Assembly: GCF_964204645.1 (NCBI RefSeq)
Contig: NC_134031.1
Coordinates: 8,804,001-8,868,000, forward strand
Direction of reading: 5' to 3'
Length of the DNA stretch: 64,000 bases
Origin: Tubulanus polymorphus
Taxonomy: Eukaryota; Animalia; Nemertea
Position numbers and translations under genes: made by a program. The notes under the pieces were generated by a model. The model was not told the DNA's origin, did no database searches, and saw only the letters and a program-made list of their open reading frames with translations. How positions within the stretch are numbered: position 1 is the stretch's first letter; each line of letters begins with the position of its first letter. Of this stretch, positions 13,073 through 24,600 are shown one piece after another.

Positions 13073-13128
13073 ATATAGCTGAATTTATAGATTTATTCCA
13101 TAGCTCTGTACATGGAATGTATATAGGT

Positions 13129-13380
13129 TCAAATAGAATCATGTTCTAGTATAAACATCGGATCCTTGATATCAAATTCCTCAACGTATTGTTCATTATT
13201 TGGATCATTATTCCATAATTCAATAAATTTCTTTGCCTTTGTTAACTGTTCTGAATATAACTGTAAATATTCTAGTTTCAATTTATTCTCTAAATGTGTT
13301 TTAGTTTTATTGTGTCTTGCTTTTTGGGATTTATCTATATTGATATTACATGTTGGACAGTAGTACTTATTTGCTTCCAT
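13129..13380 (-). CDS. Small Polinton subterminal C2H2 zinc-finger protein
   Basis: CPTC...HNKTKTH; the C-terminal half (EQLTKAKKFIELWNNDPNNEQYVE) is shared with the tail of the HNH gene at ~41430-41500. Confidence 0.55.
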   Translation of the reverse strand: MEANKYYCPTCNINIDKSQKARHNKTKTHLENKLKLEYLQLYSEQLTKAKKFIELWNNDPNNEQYVEEFDIKDPMFILEHDSI

Positions 13381-13459
13381 TTTAATACTAAATTTTTTAT
13401 TAAAATTGATTTTAGAAGTTATTCATTTATATTTTATTCATATATATGAATATTTTAAG

Positions 13460-13862
13460 AGTAATAGGGAATATCTTGTTTCAGGTTAAAGGTTGAATGG
13501 TCGAGTTCATTAATAACAAATATTAAAAGTAATTTAAAACTATAATATATTTTCATAACCGTGTGTATTTCAGTTGAATAATTGAATAATTATTATTATT
13601 TGAATATATTTGATTATATGAATGTGTGTATTGTAAATAAATCAATTGGTCGCGGAGCGGAGCGGCAGTGAAGTGGAGCGACCAATTGATTTAATACAAT
13701 ATGCTTTTTAAATTATTGATATCTTAGAATAAATATTTAGTTTTAATATAAAATGCACACGGTTATGAAAATATATTATAGTTTCAAATTACTTTTAATG
13801 TTTTGTTTTTAATGAACTCGACCGTTCGACCTTTGGCTTGAAACAAGATATTCCCTATTACT
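13460..13862. repeat. 403-bp imperfect palindrome, probable Polinton terminus (right end of copy A)
   Basis: AGTAATAGGGAATATCTTGTTTCA ... TGAAACAAGATATTCCCTATTACT; inner flank 13078-13459 matches inner flank 39513-39750 in reverse. Confidence 0.7.
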
Positions 13863-14628
13863 TACATGTCTTTGATAATCTACAGTGAAAACCTGGAATT
13901 AAATGAAATAAATCTTAAAATTCCGATTTGAACCCAACGTAGGCCCTCTCTCTACTTGTAGGCCTAAGATCTTGAAATAGCATAAATAATGTTATGATGA
14001 AAGAGGCATAATGGTTCGGAAGAAATTGAATTCAATATGGCTCTTGGCCCGGCAAAGTTTGCTTTTGAAATATCCTTTTGATTAGGCCTAGTTACACATT
14101 TTAAAAGCAAATTTCATTTTGCATCAAACTAAAAGCGGCTTTGTTGAGGAAAAGATTCGTTTGAGTCGTAAAATTTATAGCCTAGAACCAATTTCTTCGT
14201 CAAAGCGTGATGCACAATTTTGACTGGGTCTTATTTCCACGTGGTAGTGGACAGAAAATTTGAATAGGCCTAAATAATAGAATAATCTTTCTTAGGTTTC
14301 ATGATAAAGATGCAGCATTAACATAGATTAATGCTTATCTTTTACAATTAGGCTTATGTTTCAAAGGAAAACACCCACAGTTGGTCGAACAGGGGTTAGG
14401 CATTGATGGTAGAGGGGCTGTGTGTGTGAAACAGAGAGATAAAAATGCACGGGAACGAGTTTGTCGAGTGGAGCTTATTATTCCATCAGGGATAGTGTAC
14501 TATAGTCATTTTATACATCAAAATGTTCCTTATTAGTTCCGCTGCATCGCTAAAAACAAATTGAGATAGGTTTCCCTGCATTTTTTTACATATTACATCA
14601 CTTACAACGATAAACGTCCGTCGGCAAA

Positions 14629-15388
14629 AACCGTAAAGTTTCCCAAGTCTCCGTTTCTACCTAACGCATGCGCATTAGTCAGTGCTGGAATTGCTCTCGA
14701 GAAAGTCGAGAAATCGGCACATTGCGCATGCGGCACAACATGTGAGCTACATGTAACCTTTAATGACTAATAGTCGCTGTAGTTTCCATTAGGTTCGAAT
14801 CCCGTTAAAATATTGATCTTATTTACGCTGTTCATCTTATAAGCGGCGCTATCAGATTCGAAACCCGAAACTTACTGATCGTATTTCAAGCGTTACGACA
14901 TGAACTTTGATGATTAAAGTGTCACTGGGTTATTGTTTGCCGAGTAAAAAAGTGATAGCATCCCGAATATGAAATAATGAACTTTGATAGCCCCAGGATT
15001 TACTTTTAAGTGCTATTAGGTTCGAATCCCGAATGTGTAGCAGAAAAATACATTCATCCTTTTTAATATACCGATATATATCTTAGATTTTTAGCTTATG
15101 GCAAGACCACTTGAACACCTGTCATTCCAAAAAATACAAATGATCCTCTAAGAGGATCATGAAGAGTCTTAAGTGACCAAACAAACTGCGCCTTCCCGCT
15201 GCGCAAAAGTTCACGCAGGTTCATTCCGTTATAGTTCTATGTTTCAGCGTTCTGACATGACCCAGTTTAGGAAAAAATACACATGTAGCGACGCATGCGC
15301 ACGCGACCAATTTCTGGACTTCGAGGATTTCCCCAACACTTCCTAATGCGCATGCGTTATAAACAGAGACTTGGGAAACTTTACGGTT
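14629..15388. mobile_element. MITE-like element with ~130-bp imperfect TIRs
   Basis: AACCGTAAAGTTTCCCAAGTCTC ... GAGACTTGGGAAACTTTACGGTT; no clear TSD, superfamily not assigned. Confidence 0.65.
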
Positions 15389-17023
15389 GAAAAATTACGG
15401 CTGAAAAATTCACAAAAACTTCCGCATTGACAGCGCCACCGCACCAACTCAAATTGGATCGGAAACCCTCCAGCGATGCACTCTATGATCTTTAGAACCT
15501 GTCTTTGCTGACTGGGAATAAGATATTTCTCAACGCGAAGGGGGCGAAGCGCAGCGTCACCAGGTCCCGCTCCGCGAGAAAGCTAGATTTTCAAAGAAAT
15601 GAGTGCACGCGACGGCCGTGACCACTTGTTAGTGACGTCACCAAGAATGGTGGCTCCGAGGATCGCCACATCACAGGTTACTGTGAATAAATGGGATTCG
15701 ACCTTTCAAATGTTCAAAATGTACTTTCTTGTTTTGTAAAACAAGTTTATTCATGTCGTTATATAAAGCATTTTGTTTGAAACATTCTTTAATAATGTTT
15801 GTTGAGTTTAAAGCCAATTGTCGTTGTGTAATTCGATACTGGTCACTGAAATCAAAGTTTTAGTTTCTGTTCACATGTTTCGACTTATAAATATCCAACT
15901 TGTATGTTCTATCTTTTAATACAGGCCATGTGATTAATAGGCTTTTTTACATTACCGCTGTTGCCGATACAATCCGTTTGATATCATTCAGCTGACTTCG
16001 ATCTACAAATACTCCGTGCAAATTTTGAAGAATCGACGTTGCAAAAGCACTGTCGGGCCGTAAACATCGAAAATTGAGCCCCATTCAAAGAGCCGACATG
16101 TTTTTCTGAGTCGTCTTTCCGAAATCTACCGCACGTTTCTTGTCACATCGATTATCAATTCAAGCATAAATTAACAAATTTATTACCCAAAGATTGCACA
16201 TTCTGTCGCGGTTTTTAAAAACTAATTTTAACAATAACCCATTTTCCTCATCAAATTATAATACCAATACACAGGAAATTTACTACTTTAGATTTTAAAA
16301 GCACTGTCGAGCCGTAAACATCGACAAATCGACGTGTGTCACTAAATCGTCGTTCCGGGAATCAGCTGCGAGTTTCTCCTCATTCTGAGAAAATCAAATC
16401 GAGTACAAATTAATTTATTACTACCAGTGATTTGGCTGCGGGCGTCAAGCAGTTAATTTAGCAATACCTATTTTTCTCTACCAAATTTACCGTGTTTTTA
16501 CTAAGATAAATCATAAGTGTACCGGGGAGTCGTAGGCCTAAACTAAACACGCCGAAGAGATAAAGCGGAGAAAAGCTGTTATGTCGACGAGGTATCAAAA
16601 TAAAAGAATATATTAGTTAAGAATATATTGGTTTTGTCGCCTGGACAATTCACCATTTTGGTTTTGTCGCCCGCGACAATTCATTATTTTGGTTTTGTCG
16701 CCCCGACAATTCTTTTTTTGGTTTTGTCGCCAGCGACAATTCATTAGTTTGGTTTTGTCGCCCGAGACAATTCAATATTTTGGTTTAATCGCCCACGACA
16801 ATTCATTACTTTGGTTTTATCTCCAGCGACAATTCATTATTTTGGTTTTATCGCCCGCGACAATTCACCTGTCTTTGCTGACTGGGAATAAGATATTTCT
16901 CAGCGCGAAGGGGGCGAAGCGCAGCGTCACCAGGTCCCGCTCCGCGAGAAAGCTAGATTTTCAAAGAAATGAGTGCACGCGACGGCCGTGACCACTTGTT
17001 AGTGACGTCACCAAGAATGGTGG

Positions 17024-17447
17024 TGATCGATTGCCTCTAAGATGTCTTCTCTCCAAAAATCAAACTAACGACCAGGCAATCTCATAGGATCTACTGCTGA
17101 CAACTGTCCTGGTGGCTGCCAAAAATTGAACTCCCTCTCTCTACTTGTTCCCCAACTTAACTAGTATCTCCCTCTACCAAGTTTCAACCACGTGATCTCT
17201 CCCTACCAAATTTAGTGTGGTTTCTACAGAATCTGCAGCCTCCATCAACCACTCTCCGCCTAGAAATATATTCCCAACCACCAACACTACATACCAAGTT
17301 TCTGAATCATGTTTTCTGAACTATTCCCTTAGACTAAGATATTTCTTGTTTGCTTCGTTAAACCCAACTGTTCCCATTAAATCATTATTTTTTCCCAGAC
17401 GTTACTAATATTTATTTCATTATTTGGTTAACCCTAGTCAACTATCA
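17024..17447 (-). repeat. 3' LTR (424 bp)
   Basis: Direct repeat of 28070-28493; no mismatch seen by eye. Confidence 0.96.
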
Positions 17448-17474
17448 TCCCCCAGGCTTAATTTTTTTCGCCCC
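17448..17474 (-). other. Polypurine tract
   Basis: Minus strand GGGGCGAAAAAAATTAAGCCTGGGGGA directly abutting the 3' LTR. Confidence 0.75.
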
Positions 17475-18938
17475 GAAAAACAAATGGCAACCATCCAGAC
17501 ATGAACTTTATTCAACCAGATTAAATATAAGATAAAACAATATACAAACAATACAATACAGATACGACAGCATTCTTAAGGAATTTAATTTAACATAATA
17601 ATCATCAGTAGTTTATATTATCATAATTAATATCATCATTCATTTATACATGGCAATTTATTTATTCATTGAACTAATTTTATTCATTAATGCATTATTA
17701 AATATGTAAAAATTTTTTTTTTTCACGATTCTACTTTCACTTCCGCAGCAGTTCAGCATACAACGCGCAAAACAAAAGTTGATCATTTATGTACGAAAAT
17801 TGAATGCACAACAAGTTCAATTAAGTCATTTAATTAACAAGAAAGTGTCGAAGCATGAATCGGTACCACTCACACACAATAACGCACCCATTTAGATGGC
17901 GAATCAGAATCTTCTCGAATAACGGCGGCTCTCGCGTCGACAAACGGTCTCCATTCAAAAGCATCAAATCAAGTAACCGTACAAATGACATGAGTACACA
18001 ACAAAATACGGTAAGAGACGTACCATAAGGTATACGACATATTAAACATTAAGACACAGAACAAACAGGTATATATTATAATGCGAATACATCGCCACAG
18101 ACGAACACTAATCAATTCGATTACAGCGCAAACGATGACGAAGCGGTTTTCTTTTCTTTTCGAACGAACAACTGACAGCTAATAATACAGAATGATGGCC
18201 ATAGGTGTTAACGAACAAGCTAGCACAGTCTCACAGCTCGAGTCGGTTTTATTTTTCGAATGGACCATACTACGATCCTGAATATAATTATCTTTCACAC
18301 CGCCCATAATATGCGTGACTTCCAGGGATCGCAAGAACGACGGCACCATATTGAGAATCACTCTCCAGAACGATTCAGCAGCGGTATAACGGAACAAGCG
18401 ACCGAACGCTCGACAATCTGCACGAACAGCGAATTGGGCGAAGTCCGAACAACGCATTCAGATCCAGGATACGGACGATCGCGCTAAGTTGAGGTCACGT
18501 AAAGCGAATCCGGTGACTGCAAGTATATGTGAAGATGGCGACGGCTACGGTCTCACGACGATCTCGAAACAATACAGTTCATTCCCGACGAGTTCGACTC
18601 TGGCCGGAACGAAAGTGACATGGAACAACCCAAACAAAACTAAGCAATCAAACCCAAAACACTCCCCATGGTTTTGCAGATAAAGATAGCATAGCAATAA
18701 TATATGAGATTTTCAGTAAATAGATAAGGTACAATTCACTCCAAATGCTAAACCAAAAGATCCAGATAAATGATAATTATGCAACGATATACGATATAAC
18801 ATACGTTATATAGTTCCAAATGAACGTAATATCTTTTATAAATAATAAAGGAATTTGCAATTAATGACTATAGAACCAAACGAACACAGCAACACGACTA
18901 CATTCCAAATACGAATAATTTCATAAAATATTCAAAAC

Positions 18939-21560
18939 TTAAGGCTGATAAAGTGACAAGTCCGGATAAAGACCTGACCTCCCACCTGGTCTCCCAGCTA
19001 AACTAGATGCATCAATATTTCGAATCATGTCTTGAGAATATTGAATCTCATGAGGTATACCTTTATCTTCACTGATCGACAAAGGAACCAAAAGATCGTG
19101 ATGTTTAACATATATCCGTAAAGTAAATGATGAGCTCATAATCAATCTTCCAATTCGCCTATATAGAGAAGGCTTGACCGGAATTTTATCCGGAAAATCA
19201 ATAGCAATTCCATCATACTGAATTTTACAAGGTGTAACCCAATCAAGATTGATAAATAATTTAAAGAAATGAGAATTACAATGTAGCTTACGTAAAGCAG
19301 GGGATCCAAGTAAGGAAATACTGCCCGCACAGGCATTAAGATCAATTAATGGAAGTAAGATACATTCATTCCAATCCGAAATCTCTAAAAGTAGCTGTGA
19401 TTTACAACGTTGAACCATATTACGCCTGCCCCTTAGAAAGGTAAATAGGTATTTAATATCATAACACAGGAAATGCAACGCACAGTAGATAATAGCCAGA
19501 AGAACTATCGTGTCAACTAGAAAATTGGAATCGTCGTCAATTAGCGATTGAGCAACCCGCGAAGACTGTTCTAAAAATGAAATAGTCCTATTAGACTGTA
19601 TAACCGTTGCCCCAGCAAGTGGTGCTGCATGAGCTGCACCCAAGGCTGCAACCGGAAAAATACCCCCTGGATTATACCGTATCATGAAGAAAATATAAAC
19701 TGACATAGCAAGCGCCGCTATGCTCAGAATAGTAGGAACCGATATAATGCCTATAGACGATGGAGATGAAAATATATGTCGCAAATTATCTTTAGCTAGT
19801 TCATTCTTTAACGCGTCGGCCTTTGAGGCGAACAAATCTACATTAGACTTATGCGTTGAAGCCAATTTCTTAAGATCCGTTGAAAATTTAGCGTCCTTTG
19901 ATGCTACCAAATCCCATGATTCTTTATTCAGTTTTAAGGGTGGAACCTCAACCATAGGCGCTTTCGATAACTCATTCCCCCTTATCTTTCTCAAATCTGC
20001 AGCATTAGAGAACAACGAATGCAGCACAGGTAAATTTACTACATGCAAAACAGTTTTATCCTCCTTTCCAATATGACAACCTGTGAGTTTATAAGGGATC
20101 CGAAAAGATGACGCAATTATAGAGCAAAAACAAGGGATTGTCATTACGCACAACCTGCAACCATTGATAGACTTAACCTGTCGGTCAGAACAATGCATAG
20201 TCCAAACTTCGTCAGCAGATGACAGTAAATAACGCCCATCCGCTAATTCATAACTACCTTCAAACAGTAACGCTTCCTCATATCTAATGTCACACAATTT
20301 CATTATAGCCTCAGGTTGGTCCCAAAATAGCGCTGACGCACACGTTAATTTATGACGGGAATTGAGAGATTTAGTTGTACTACACACTTTAAGGTCTCTA
20401 CCGTTGCAGGAAAGTAAAAAATCACTATCGAATTCGGTATAATATTCGTTATCACTTGTAACGGCGATATACTGAGGTAAACCAAAAATTTGAGTCGTAT
20501 TAGCACTAGTGGCATTCGACGGTACAGGTAATGTATCAATATGATAAACATCCATAAAACCAGCCAAACTATGGATGGGAATGGCGATCGTTATATATAA
20601 ATACGTTTCAGTCTGCGTGAACGTGATATCCCGCATTTGATAATAAAAACTAGGCTGACTATGCGTAACCTTAAAACTAGGATAATGATCGCTGAGAATA
20701 TCCTGTACATTATTAATTACTTTATTGATCTGTTCAGGACCCACGAGAGAAATAGGCAAAAAGCCATCCAATAATAACTGAGTTGCCTGTAGAAAATTCT
20801 CCGACTGGCCAACTACTACCCCAAAACGGTATTGGTAGTCAACCAAGTTCCTCATTAAAATGGACAAAGCCGAAACTGTGACATTTAAACGATCCAATTT
20901 ATGAAATATTTCCTTCCGAGAATTTCGGTACTCTACAGTCAAAATATTATAAGAATCGGCAAACCTCTTAATTGTTTCATGATTCTCTTTGATGGCCACC
21001 ATAGCATTATCAAGCCTTTCGTTAGTTGTGTTCATGAATGAATTAAGCAACTTGCCGTCTTGTACAACCTGATCAGCCAAGGCTGTTACCCCTGACTCCA
21101 CTTTGAGGACATGTTGCCTAAGTGCGTCCACGTCCTCTTCAGTAGCCGTGCCAAATAGCGACTTCGCAAAATTTCCTACAAAGTTTAATAAAGCTCTTTT
21201 CCCACGACCACTTGCCCTAACAGGAATCAAAGATTTAACGGTATTCATATTAGCGTTAAGCCGTGTTCGTGTTTCTTTAATCTGAGAATTTAATCGCTCA
21301 ATAATCGTATTTAACATCCCACAACCGTTATACGGGTGAAAATGATAATGTATAGGGCATGATAGAGGGGTTATAATATCTAGGTCAAATTTAGGCCAGG
21401 GAATACAGAAGGTATGCCTATACTTGGAAACACCATTAAGAATATTTGTGAACTTATTGAAGACAATTCCCCAATTCAACATAACAACTGAATTCGCCGA
21501 AGTGTCAACCGGTTCCAACGTCGTCATGTAAACAGCCAGTAATAAAATGTAAAGCCTCAT
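18939..21560 (-). CDS. env: Envelope glycoprotein, class I F-type fusion protein
   Basis: Signal peptide, furin site RGKR followed by fusion peptide ALLNFVGNFAKSLFGTAT, heptad repeats, Cys-rich ectodomain, TM near aa 600-625, further hydrophobic segment and long tail. Confidence 0.9.
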   Translation of the reverse strand: MRLYILLLAVYMTTLEPVDTSANSVVMLNWGIVFNKFTNILNGVSKYRHTFCIPWPKFDLDIITPLSCPIHYHFHPYNGCGMLNTIIERLNSQIKETRTRLNANMNTVKSLIPVRASGRGKRALLNFVGNFAKSLFGTATEEDVDALRQHVLKVESGVTALADQVVQDGKLLNSFMNTTNERLDNAMVAIKENHETIKRFADSYNILTVEYRNSRKEIFHKLDRLNVTVSALSILMRNLVDYQYRFGVVVGQSENFLQATQLLLDGFLPISLVGPEQINKVINNVQDILSDHYPSFKVTHSQPSFYYQMRDITFTQTETYLYITIAIPIHSLAGFMDVYHIDTLPVPSNATSANTTQIFGLPQYIAVTSDNEYYTEFDSDFLLSCNGRDLKVCSTTKSLNSRHKLTCASALFWDQPEAIMKLCDIRYEEALLFEGSYELADGRYLLSSADEVWTMHCSDRQVKSINGCRLCVMTIPCFCSIIASSFRIPYKLTGCHIGKEDKTVLHVVNLPVLHSLFSNAADLRKIRGNELSKAPMVEVPPLKLNKESWDLVASKDAKFSTDLKKLASTHKSNVDLFASKADALKNELAKDNLRHIFSSPSSIGIISVPTILSIAALAMSVYIFFMIRYNPGGIFPVAALGAAHAAPLAGATVIQSNRTISFLEQSSRVAQSLIDDDSNFLVDTIVLLAIIYCALHFLCYDIKYLFTFLRGRRNMVQRCKSQLLLEISDWNECILLPLIDLNACAGSISLLGSPALRKLHCNSHFFKLFINLDWVTPCKIQYDGIAIDFPDKIPVKPSLYRRIGRLIMSSSFTLRIYVKHHDLLVPLSISEDKGIPHEIQYSQDMIRNIDASSLAGRPGGRSGLYPDLSLYQP

Positions 21561-21600
21561 GGTAGTATCCTAAAAGAGAACGAAATATAGTTACTACATT
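21561..21600 (-). promoter_or_regulatory. Predicted env splice acceptor
   Basis: Minus strand GTAAC (branch-like) TATATTTCGTTCTCTTTTAG|GATACTACCATG; AG at 21571-21570, 9 nt before the env ATG. Confidence 0.7.
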
Positions 21601-21612
21601 CCGTGAACCAAC

Positions 21613-24600
21613 TTATTCCTTTAGTTCCTTCGTTTTAAAATAGTTCTCAATTAAACTTGGGTTTAATATATTTTCCTCAGGTTCGAAAGTAGACTCGCCT
21701 TTCGTATAACCCTCCCACCATATCTTAAAATGGCGTTTACCATTGATAACTTTATCACCTAAAATCTCTTTAACTATAAAAATGTCATCTGGAATATCAA
21801 CTAACTCATCTTCCTGATTTGCTAAATCCGATCTTAAAGGTTCGCCAAAACAAGCGTCTTGATCTCCTATTGGAAGATCGTCCCTGTGAACAAACTTCTT
21901 CAACCTATCTGCTGCTATAGGACTTTTCATATATTTACCAGTTTTAACACATTTGACTCTAAATGTAGAGGGACCTATTGACTTTACAATCTGGAACGGT
22001 CCACGATAACGCTTTTGTAACTTCCTAGTCAACCCTTTCTTAAAATTTGGAAAGAAAACCCAACAGTGGTCCCCAACTTCAAAGTTGACCGGGGTAGCAT
22101 GTTTATCGCTGATCTTTTTGAATGCAGCTTGTGCCGTAAGGATCGCACCTTTAGCTATCTTGTAAACATACCGTAATTTATCTTGGGCCAGTCTGACATG
22201 TGTGTTTATCTTTAGAGGATTATACATAGGTTCCAGTAATGCACTATCTAGCGGCGTGTTCGGATGCCTTAAAAACATTAAGTAAAATGGACTATAATTC
22301 GATATTGACTTCATTGGACTAGTATTATACGCAAAGACTGCAGCACGCAAGTAAGTGGTCCAATCGGTTTGATTATCAGAAATCATCATAGATAATAAGG
22401 ATTTAATTGACTTGTTCGTAACTTCACAGAGACCATTGCATTTAGGATTGAATGAAGCAGTCTTCTTATGTGTAATATTCGAGAATTTAAGTATTTCCTC
22501 CACAATCTCACTTAAGAAATTACTTCCGCGATCACTTAATAATTCTTTAGGGAAAGCATATCTTAGGAAAATTTCATCATACATGATTCTAGCAATAGTA
22601 GGAGCAGTTATATCAGGAACCGCAAATGCTTCACAATATCGTGTAAAATTACACACAAAGACCACAATTTGGTTCATCCCATCACTAGACCTTGTCAAGG
22701 GTCCCACACAATCTACTGATATTTTGACAAAAGGACCATCAGGAATCTCCTGTGGTTGTATTGGTGCATGACCACGTCTATTAGACCTCTTTCGCTGATT
22801 ACAATTAGAACAGCTGGATACAAAGTGAGATACATCTCGATACAAGTTCTTCCAAAAATAGTTTCGATATATTCTAGAATAAGTCTTAGGTATACCAAAA
22901 TGCCCAGAAATATTCTCGTCATGCATAAATTGTAGAATTTCTTGTTTCAATGATTCGGGTACTACTAATTGTAAGAAATAATCTCCGTTTTCATTTTTCG
23001 ACGGCCTTGGGATATGATATAAAACCCCTTTTTCATTCAAGGTATATTGATCAGCTTCTAGTAGAACTAATCTTGCTTCCGACTCGTCATCAGATAAAGT
23101 ACCATTTTCTAAATAATTTATCATGTCAGATAAATGCCTGTCTTTTAATTGCTCATTGCGAATATTATCTACGCCAACACGTGCTAACTCATAAATCTTG
23201 GTGTTGGATCCGAAATTCATTCTGCTTAACCCATCTGCGTTACCGTGGATCCTACCGGGCTTGTGTTTAATTTCAAAATCATACTCCGATAACTCATCTA
23301 ACACTCGTAATACCTGTGGGGTAGGATTTTTCATTCGCTTAACGTAAGACAATGCCGCATGATCAGTTTGAATGACAAACGGTTTACCATAAAGAAATGG
23401 CCGAAAATGACGGACACCGTACAGTATGGCGGCTAATTCCTTGCGAGTGGTATTGTAATTAAGTTCGGCTTTTGTAAACTGTTTTGATGCATACGAAATA
23501 GGATGCTCCTTGCCATCGTCTGAAATTTGACTTAAAACCATACCGCAAGCAAAGTTACTAGCATCACACTGCAGAATGAACGGTTTGTCGAAATCAGGAA
23601 ATTCTAATACCGGAGCTGACTGAAGAGCCATCTTCAAATTGACAAATGATTTTTGACATTCATCAGACCACTCAAATTTAACATCCTTTTGAAGTAGTAA
23701 CGTTAGGGGTTTAGCAATCGTGGCATAATCTTTTACAAATGATCTATAGAATCCTGTCAGACCAAGAAATCCTCTCAGAGTTTTAAGAGAGTTTGGAGTA
23801 GCACATTCTTCAATCTTATGAATTTTCTCTTCCAATGGTAGCAATCCAAATTCAGTTACTAAGTAACCTAAATATTTAACTTTATTAGAAAAGAAATGAC
23901 ATTTAAGTCGTTTTAATTTCAAATTCGCTTCACGCAGTCGTTCGAACACTAGTCTCAGATGTGCTAAGTGAGATTCCTCATCCTCAGAGTATATAATAAT
24001 ATCATCCAAAAATACTTCACAAATATCATGAAGGAGATCTTTTAAAACATATGTAATATTTCGCCAAAATGTGGCGGGTGCTCCTCCTAACCCTTGCGGC
24101 ATCATTAGGTATTCCCATTTTCCACTGTTGCAAACAAAAGCTGTTTTGTCTATAGAATCCGAATGCATAGGAATCTGAAAATATCCCGAATGTAAATCTA
24201 GTGTTGTAAATATTTTGCCTTTCCCTTTACCAATGTTAGTGAATATCTCAGTTAATGTAGGTCCAGGGAATGTGTCAATTTTTGTTACTTTATTGAGCTG
24301 GCGGTAGTCATGAACCAAGCGATAAGCTGGTGTTTTATCAGGGTTCAATGAAGCTTTTCGTACTAGTATGCAAGGAGACGCCCATTCGGAAGTTGACTCC
24401 CGAATGATTCCTTTATCAGCTAATTCCTTAATTAAGTTATCTTCAACTTCTCTGAGTGCAACAGCGGGTCTATAGGGTTTTAACCTTACCGGGGGAGATG
24501 AACCAGTGTGTATTCGATGCTCCCAGGGTACCTTAGCTCTCGATAATTCCTTCGTTTCCTTCGCAAAAATATCTTTAAATTCTACTAATAAATTGTACAG

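Noticed and set aside
14785-15035. GGTTCGAATCCC motifs resembling a tRNA T-arm/B-box
   Set aside because: No cloverleaf or properly spaced A-box; short internal repeats of a MITE.
16689-16991. 100-aa ORF repeated three times
   Set aside because: Spans satellite plus the tandem-unit junction, TTG start; artefact of the repeat.
17217-17408. Identical 63-aa ORFs at 17217 and 28263
   Set aside because: Antisense ORFs with non-ATG starts inside the LTRs; identity only reflects LTR identity.
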